From the NCBI GenBank assembly GCA_964592855.1, contig CAZQKI010000004.1:1-57934 (forward strand): DNA of 57,934 nucleotides, given 5' to 3'. The notes beneath the pieces were generated by a model that searched no databases, was not told the DNA's origin, and saw only the letters and a program-made list of their open reading frames with translations. Positions 52,726 to 57,934 of this stretch are shown here, in pieces. The translations under genes and the position numbers were made by a program. This DNA comes from an uncultured Lentisphaerales bacterium. Its GTDB lineage: Bacteria > Verrucomicrobiota > Kiritimatiellia > RFP12 > JAAYLN01. The number at the start of each line of letters is the position of its first letter. The stretch's first letter is position 1.

Positions 52726-55635
52726 ATGCGACCGATTAACCGTAGCATGTTGGAAGTATTTGTGATTCTTGCGCTGGGGATCGCAGCCAGCGCAGTTCAG
52801 GCAAAAACCACGGTCTGGACGGGGACGGGCGACTGGTTCGCCAGCACCGGCAACTGGAGCGAGGGGGTGCCGCAGTCGAATGACGTGGCAGTAATCACGT
52901 CGGGTGCGGTGCGGTTGACCAACGCAACGCCGCAATTGGCCTCGCTGACGATGAACGGCGGTTCGCTGACCTTCACGAACTGGGCCACCGCCTTGATTGC
53001 AAACGAGGTGACGATCAACAATGGCGCATCCATGACGCATCTCGTCAACTCGGCGACAGGAACCGTCGCAGGCGTCTGGAAACCCGACGCCCGCGTATCG
53101 ATCACCTGCTCCAATCTGACCATCGAGACCGGCGGCACCATTAATGCAGACAATGTGGGCTACTTGAAGGGGAAAGGCCCCGGAATCGCCACCATCGGTG
53201 CGGCAGGCTCCGGACACAGCGGACCTGGGCGCCGCAATGGCACGTTGGGCGGGCTTGCCTACAACGATCCTGATGCACCCGTGCAACCGGGAAGCGGCGG
53301 ATATTCGACCTCGGGCGGCAACGGCGGCGGCGCCGTCCGTGTCGTTGCCACCGGAAAGATCACGGTACGGGGAACGATCACGGCCAATGGGCAGACCGCC
53401 AGCGCGAACCACTACGGCGGCGGAACAGGGGGTTCAATCTGGATCGACTGCCGCACCTTTGCCGGAAGCGCCACCGGCCTGATCCGCGCCAACGGTGGCG
53501 GCGGGGTCTTCAATGGCGTCGAGGGAACCGGCGGACGGATTGCCATTCACTACAACACGTCGGCTCAGGCAGCCCTTGCCGAACCTAGCCCGCCGGTCCG
53601 CTTCGAGGGGAAGCCTGGCGGACATTCGAACTTACGGTCGAATCTGGAGAGTCTGCTGCCGGACATGGCGACGCTCTACCTCCCCGACACGCGGTTGCTG
53701 ACGGGTGCCGCCCTGTCGGCCAAACGGCTCAACCAGATCCGGTTGGTGATTCCGGGTTTCACGGAATGGGCGCCCCATGCGCTGACCATCGACGATTGCG
53801 TTTTCGGTCTGCCCGAAGGCCTCCACGTGAACGTCACCAATGATATGATTCTCACGAACGGCGCGGCCTTGCACCTCTATGCCGCCCCCACAGCCGATCC
53901 GTTGACCTTGGCAGGCGCACGCCTCGACGTGGGCGGAGATTTGCGCATCCAGGCGAATTCATGGCTTGTTCCCTACGCCCATCCGACCAATGGCGCACCG
54001 ATCATGGTTTCGGTGAGCAGCGACCTGCTGGTCGCAGCCGGCGGCGGGATCGACGCCGACTACCGCGGCTTTGCCGAAACGATCGGTCCGGGCTTGAACA
54101 CGGCCCGGGACAGCGCGCCGGGATATGGCGGACGGGGCGGGCAGACCTTATACAGTGGGAATGGCCCCGGCACGGTCTACGGCAGCGTGCTGGGTCCCGT
54201 GCAAGTCGGCACGGGCGGCGCCGTACTGGCCAAAGGAGGCAAAGGTGGTGGCGTCATCCGCCTGACCGTTGCCGGCGACGCGGTGATCGACGGACTGCTG
54301 ACGGCACGGGGGGATTATGGACTTTCTAACCATGGCCCAGGCGGCTCGGGGGGCGGCATTGAACTGGACTGCCACACCCTTCGCGGTGCGAATACCGGAC
54401 TCCTGCGCGCCGACGGCGGACAAGGCAACTACTCCCATGCATCGGCAGGCGGCGGACGCATTGTCATCCGCTACGCTGCCGCGGCTCAGGCCGCCGTGTC
54501 GCCGATTCCGGGTGTGCGGTTCTCAACTTTTGCCTACACGAACACGACCACTTCGGCATCCTGGGAGTTCTGGGGCGAAATGGGAACGCTGTGGCTGCCC
54601 GACACGTCCCTCCTTTCATCGACGCCAACAGGCGCCGCCGTGCTGAGCAACCACCGGTTCTGGCATACGACCCTTTACATCGGCACGGCACCTGAACGGT
54701 GGACGCCGGGATCGCTGACAGTGAGCAACTGCGTCGTCCGATTCCCAGTCGGCTACTCCCTCGACGTGCCGGGCGATGTCACCATCGCCGGCGGCGGGAC
54801 ACTGCCGGCGGACCTCAGGGGAACCGTGGAAGGGCGTCTGGCGCTCACGAGCCGCTTCACCAACACCCTCCACGGCGCACGACTCGACGTGGGAAACGAT
54901 TTGATGATCGGCGCCCGCGGCTGGCTCTGGCCGTTCACCTGCGGCACCAACGGCCCAGCGGGAACGACCAACGCCATCGTCGGCGTTCGGGTCGAGGGCG
55001 ATGCAACTGTCGCGGCAGGTGGCGGAATCTGGTCGGTCGGCGCCGGCTACATTCCACGCTCCGCGAACGCAAACGGACCTGGCGCCGGCAAAAGCAGCAC
55101 CAGCGGCGGCGGATACGGAGGCAAAGGAGGGGGGGCCTTGGGCGGAGTGACCTACGGCAGCGCATCGCACCCCTTCGAACCCGGCAGTCCGGGCGGCACC
55201 TTCACCCTCTACAACAGCGGCAAGGGAGGCGGATCGGTCCACCTGGTCGCCCGAGGCGTTGTGACCGTCGACGGTCTGGTGTCGGCTGACGGCCATTACG
55301 GCGCCTATTACGGCGGCAACGGCGGCAGCGGTGGTTCGGTGTTCTTGTGCGGGCGGAAAATCGCCGGTGCAGGCGTGATCCGCGCGAACGGCGGCGCCAG
55401 AAGCGCCCAGGTCGGATCTGCTGGCGGCGGCGGCGGACGGATCGCCATCTGGCGCAGCAGCAATCCCGAACAGGCGGATGAGTGGATCGAGATGCGCAGA
55501 ACCGACCTGCTGATCAACAGCCCGAGCTATCCCGGCTTCACGGGCAGCTTGCTGGCGGACAAGGGCCTGGCCGCGACCGCGGACGGAACCAAGGGGTTCT
55601 ATTTATTCCAGGGCACGCTGATTCTGATCCGCTGA
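52726..55635 (+). CDS. Secreted glycine-rich beta-helix protein with three tandem modules of about 305-325 aa and an autotransporter-associated beta-strand-repeat-like N-terminus
   Basis: It has a signal peptide (MLEVFVILALGIAASAVQA). TTVWTGTGDWFASTGNWSEGVPQSNDVAVI is PATR-like. Three modules each carry GGxGGGxV(R/H)Lxxxx, then GGxGGS(I/V)x(I/L)xC, then GGGRI(A/V)I. Confidence 0.8.
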   Translation: MRPINRSMLEVFVILALGIAASAVQAKTTVWTGTGDWFASTGNWSEGVPQSNDVAVITSGAVRLTNATPQLASLTMNGGSLTFTNWATALIANEVTINNGASMTHLVNSATGTVAGVWKPDARVSITCSNLTIETGGTINADNVGYLKGKGPGIATIGAAGSGHSGPGRRNGTLGGLAYNDPDAPVQPGSGGYSTSGGNGGGAVRVVATGKITVRGTITANGQTASANHYGGGTGGSIWIDCRTFAGSATGLIRANGGGGVFNGVEGTGGRIAIHYNTSAQAALAEPSPPVRFEGKPGGHSNLRSNLESLLPDMATLYLPDTRLLTGAALSAKRLNQIRLVIPGFTEWAPHALTIDDCVFGLPEGLHVNVTNDMILTNGAALHLYAAPTADPLTLAGARLDVGGDLRIQANSWLVPYAHPTNGAPIMVSVSSDLLVAAGGGIDADYRGFAETIGPGLNTARDSAPGYGGRGGQTLYSGNGPGTVYGSVLGPVQVGTGGAVLAKGGKGGGVIRLTVAGDAVIDGLLTARGDYGLSNHGPGGSGGGIELDCHTLRGANTGLLRADGGQGNYSHASAGGGRIVIRYAAAAQAAVSPIPGVRFSTFAYTNTTTSASWEFWGEMGTLWLPDTSLLSSTPTGAAVLSNHRFWHTTLYIGTAPERWTPGSLTVSNCVVRFPVGYSLDVPGDVTIAGGGTLPADLRGTVEGRLALTSRFTNTLHGARLDVGNDLMIGARGWLWPFTCGTNGPAGTTNAIVGVRVEGDATVAAGGGIWSVGAGYIPRSANANGPGAGKSSTSGGGYGGKGGGALGGVTYGSASHPFEPGSPGGTFTLYNSGKGGGSVHLVARGVVTVDGLVSADGHYGAYYGGNGGSGGSVFLCGRKIAGAGVIRANGGARSAQVGSAGGGGGRIAIWRSSNPEQADEWIEMRRTDLLINSPSYPGFTGSLLADKGLAATADGTKGFYLFQGTLILIR

Positions 55636-55682
55636 GGCATGTGCAATACCTTGCAAGCGACAGGATTCAGGGTTCAGTGAGG

Positions 55683-55740
55683 CCGTGGTCGTCAACCGAT
55701 CCTTCAACCTTCCGGTGGACGACACCGGCGACGACTACGG
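55683..55740. repeat. REP-like 12-mer hairpin family member R3 (left arm truncated)
   Basis: CCGTGGTCGTCAAC (55683-55696) faces GTGGACGACACCGGCGACGACTACGG (55715-55740). It belongs to the same family as 26546-26626 and 42757-42826. It lies between the convergent 52726-55635 gene and gltD. Confidence 0.75.
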
Positions 55741-55755
55741 ATAACGATTCGATTC

Positions 55756-57246
55756 CTAGCCAAGCCATTGATGCACGTCTTCGGCTGCGGCACGGCCGTC
55801 GGCGATGGCATGAACGACCAGCGAGGCTCCTCGCGTCAGATCGCCACTGGCGAAAACGCCCGACACCGAGGTCAGGTGATGCGCATCCCTCTGCACATTG
55901 CCGCGCGCATCATACGTCACGCCGAGATCCTGCAGGAGCTTGCCGCGGACTGCGCCGGTGAAGCCCATCGCGATCAGCACGAGATCGGCCTGAACATCGA
56001 ACTCGCTGCCCGGCCTGGCGCGTGGCACGGGGTGTCCGCCCGCATCGTTGCCCCACTCGACCTGCGCGCAACGCAATCCGGCGAGATGCCCGTCGGCATC
56101 GCCGAGAAAAGCGACGGTCGTGACGGACCAGCGCCGTTCCCCGCCCTCGTGGTGGCTGCTGGAGTCGCGGCGCATCCGTGGCCAGGCCGGCCAGGGGGTG
56201 CCCGGATCCCGTGACGGCGGCGGCTCGGGGAGGATCTCGAACTGGCGGACGCTGCGCGCACCCTGCCGCAACGAGGTGCCCAGGCAGTCCGATCCTGTGT
56301 CGCCGCCGCCGATCACCACGACGTTCCGTCCTGCGGCAAGGATGTCCTCGCCCGGCGTCAGCGCGTCGCCGTCCAGACGGAGGTTCTGCGCGCGGAGGAA
56401 GTCGAGCGCGAAGTGGATCCCCTTAAGCTCGCGGCCCGGCACCTTCAGATCGCGCGGCTCCCGCGCACCACCCGCCAGGCAGATGGCGTCGAAATGCGTC
56501 TGCAGGTAGCGGCTGGAAATGTCTTCGCCGACGCGGACGCCCATTTCAAAGATCACGCCCTCGGCGCGCATCAGATCCACGCGCCGGTCAACGATGCGCT
56601 TCTCGAGCTTGAACTCGGGTATCCCGTAGCGCAGGATCCCGCCGGGCCGCGGATCGTCGTCGTAGAGCGTCACGGGATGCCCCATGCGGTTGAGCGAGTC
56701 GGCGGCGGCGAGGCCCGCCGGGCCGGAACCGATCACGGCCACGCGTCCCGGCAGGCGGCAGGCGGGTGGACGCGGCTGCACCCAGCCGTTCAAAAAGGCC
56801 AGTTCGATGATGGCCCGCTCGTTGTTGCGGATCGTGACCGGTTCGCGGTTCAAGCCCAGGACGCAGGAGGTCTCGCAGGGTGCCGGACAGACCCGTCCCG
56901 TGAACTCGGGGAAGTTGTTCGTTTCGAGCAGCAGGTCGAGCGCCTCGCGCCAGCGCCCCTCGCGGATGCAGCGGTTCGTGTCGGGGATCAGGTTGCCCAG
57001 CGGACAGCCGTGAGCGTGGCAGAAAGGGAGTCCGCATTCCATGCAGCGGGTGGCCTGCCTCCGGGAGTCGGATTCAGAAACCAAACATTCGACTTCCCGC
57101 CAGTCCGCCAGCCGCTCCTGCACCTCACGGTACGGCGCAGCCCGTCGCGGGATGGACAGAAACGGATTGGATGAATCACGATCCATGGCGCAAGTCCCTG
57201 CATTCAGCGTTTGGCCTTCAGCCTTCGGAAATCCCCCGTCAACCAT
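55756..57246 (-). CDS. gltD: Glutamate synthase (NADPH) small subunit
   Basis: The Fe-S Cys clusters are [11 protein letters not shown] and CPAPCETSC. The dinucleotide folds are [14 protein letters not shown] and [13 protein letters not shown]. The length is 496 aa. The start overlaps the gltB stop by 8 nt. Confidence 0.93.
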   Translation of the reverse strand: MVDGGFPKAEGQTLNAGTCAMDRDSSNPFLSIPRRAAPYREVQERLADWREVECLVSESDSRRQATRCMECGLPFCHAHGCPLGNLIPDTNRCIREGRWREALDLLLETNNFPEFTGRVCPAPCETSCVLGLNREPVTIRNNERAIIELAFLNGWVQPRPPACRLPGRVAVIGSGPAGLAAADSLNRMGHPVTLYDDDPRPGGILRYGIPEFKLEKRIVDRRVDLMRAEGVIFEMGVRVGEDISSRYLQTHFDAICLAGGAREPRDLKVPGRELKGIHFALDFLRAQNLRLDGDALTPGEDILAAGRNVVVIGGGDTGSDCLGTSLRQGARSVRQFEILPEPPPSRDPGTPWPAWPRMRRDSSSHHEGGERRWSVTTVAFLGDADGHLAGLRCAQVEWGNDAGGHPVPRARPGSEFDVQADLVLIAMGFTGAVRGKLLQDLGVTYDARGNVQRDAHHLTSVSGVFASGDLTRGASLVVHAIADGRAAAEDVHQWLG

Positions 57247-57934
57247 GGGTCACCTCTTCCCGCTGGGTGGCGGCATCGTCGGGCTGCATCAGGCCAAGCG
57301 CCTGGCGGTATTCGATCGGCAAGACCTTGAGGAAGCGGGGTTGCTGCCGCGTCCAGTCCGACAGCAGGCTCGTCGCACGCCGACTGCCGGTGAGACGTGC
57401 ATGGCGTTCGATGAGTCCGCGCAGCTCCTGTGCATCGGCCTCCTGCGTGACGGGCTCGAGGTCGACCATCTCCAGGTTGCAGCGGGTGTCGAAGAGCCCG
57501 TCCTCGTCATACACGTAGGCGATGCCACCGCTCATGCCGGCGGCGAAGTTGACGCCGGTGCGGCCCAGCACCACGACGCGGCCGCCGGTCATGTATTCGC
57601 AGGCGTGGTCGCCGGTCCCTTCGACGACCGCCCGCGCCCCGCTGTTGCGGATGGCGAAGCGCTCGCCCACCGTTCCCGCCAGAAAGGCCTCGCCCCCCGT
57701 GGCGCCATAGAGCAGCACGTTGCCGGCAATGGCCTGTTCGGAACCGACTTCGGGAGCGGCCGGACGGATGATGATCCGGCCGCCGGAGAGTCCCTTGCCA
57801 ACGGTGTCGTTGGCTGCGCCGGTCAGCTCGAGCGTCAACCCGGCCGTGGCCCAGGCGCCGAAGCTTTGGCCGGCCGTGCCGGTCAGGCGCAGCGTGATGG
57901 TGTCCTCCGGCAGTCCGGCGTGGCCATGCCGCCG
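57239..57934 (-). CDS. gltB: Glutamate synthase large subunit, C-terminal GXGXG domain (partial; 5' part lies beyond the window)
   Basis: The frame is open to the window edge. The translation ([25 protein letters not shown]...[51 protein letters not shown]) is the beta-helical GltB C-terminal domain. Confidence 0.92.
   Translation of the reverse strand, partial: RRHGHAGLPEDTITLRLTGTAGQSFGAWATAGLTLELTGAANDTVGKGLSGGRIIIRPAAPEVGSEQAIAGNVLLYGATGGEAFLAGTVGERFAIRNSGARAVVEGTGDHACEYMTGGRVVVLGRTGVNFAAGMSGGIAYVYDEDGLFDTRCNLEMVDLEPVTQEADAQELRGLIERHARLTGSRRATSLLSDWTRQQPRFLKVLPIEYRQALGLMQPDDAATQREEVTHG

Noticed and set aside
52517-52765. 82-aa ORF beginning MNHTLVIMHLHLHLHLHLAHHL.
   Set aside because: The His-Leu run is simply the translation of the CATCTGCATTTGCATCTT repeat DNA. 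The ORF overlaps the start of the well-supported 52726 gene in another frame.

Overview
GC-rich bacterial chromosomal fragment. The gene content loosely suggests the PVC superphylum (DUF4838-like and other secreted glycan-active proteins, an autotransporter-type beta-helix protein, type III glutamine synthetase); that placement is inference only. All calls come from reading the six-frame translations and the DNA by eye. Family names are recalled from memory, and no searches were run.

Layout:
- 1-6 kb: sugar-catabolism genes (SDR, split transketolase, Gfo/Idh/MocA oxidoreductase, MFS transporter, esterase).
- 6.6-16.8 kb: a three-gene envelope module. It comprises a DUF4838-like secreted protein, an 879-aa polytopic membrane protein, and a 1669-aa fusion of a degenerate M28-peptidase-like ectodomain to a MacB/FtsX-type permease. 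No ABC ATPase is in sight.
- 16.8-26.2 kb: a nucleic-acid-enzyme block containing DinG, a PHP phosphoesterase, a SWIM-SNF2 ATPase, a four-helix-bundle/Zn-ribbon protein and a short AlaRS.
- 26.7-30 kb: a clan GH-A-like hydrolase and a URO-D-family protein.
- 30.4-42.5 kb: a glutamine/nitrogen cluster (carB-carA-GSIII, purF-pyrG, amt-PII).
- 43-55.6 kb: carbohydrate esterase and amidohydrolase genes, two 927-aa secreted proteins, and a 969-aa triple-module glycine-rich beta-helix protein.
- 55.8 kb to the end: gltD and the 3' part of gltB.

No rRNA, tRNA, CRISPR array, transposase or integrase was recognised.

The most unusual signal is non-coding. Every intergenic gap in the co-directional string alaS / 4HB-Zn-ribbon / SWIM-SNF2 / PHP is filled by an array of TCGA cores. 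The cores are spaced at exactly 10 bp (5 bp in one array), giving 27 cores in about 230 bp. The sequence between cores differs from array to array. This looks like an iteron or centromere-like protein-binding or methylation-target architecture tied to the SNF2/Zn-ribbon gene pair.

The second candidate is the orphan FtsX-fusion envelope module.

Several families of short-period hairpin repeats, a 94-bp tandem repeat, a duplicated 61-bp promoter and sigma54-like promoters are also reported.
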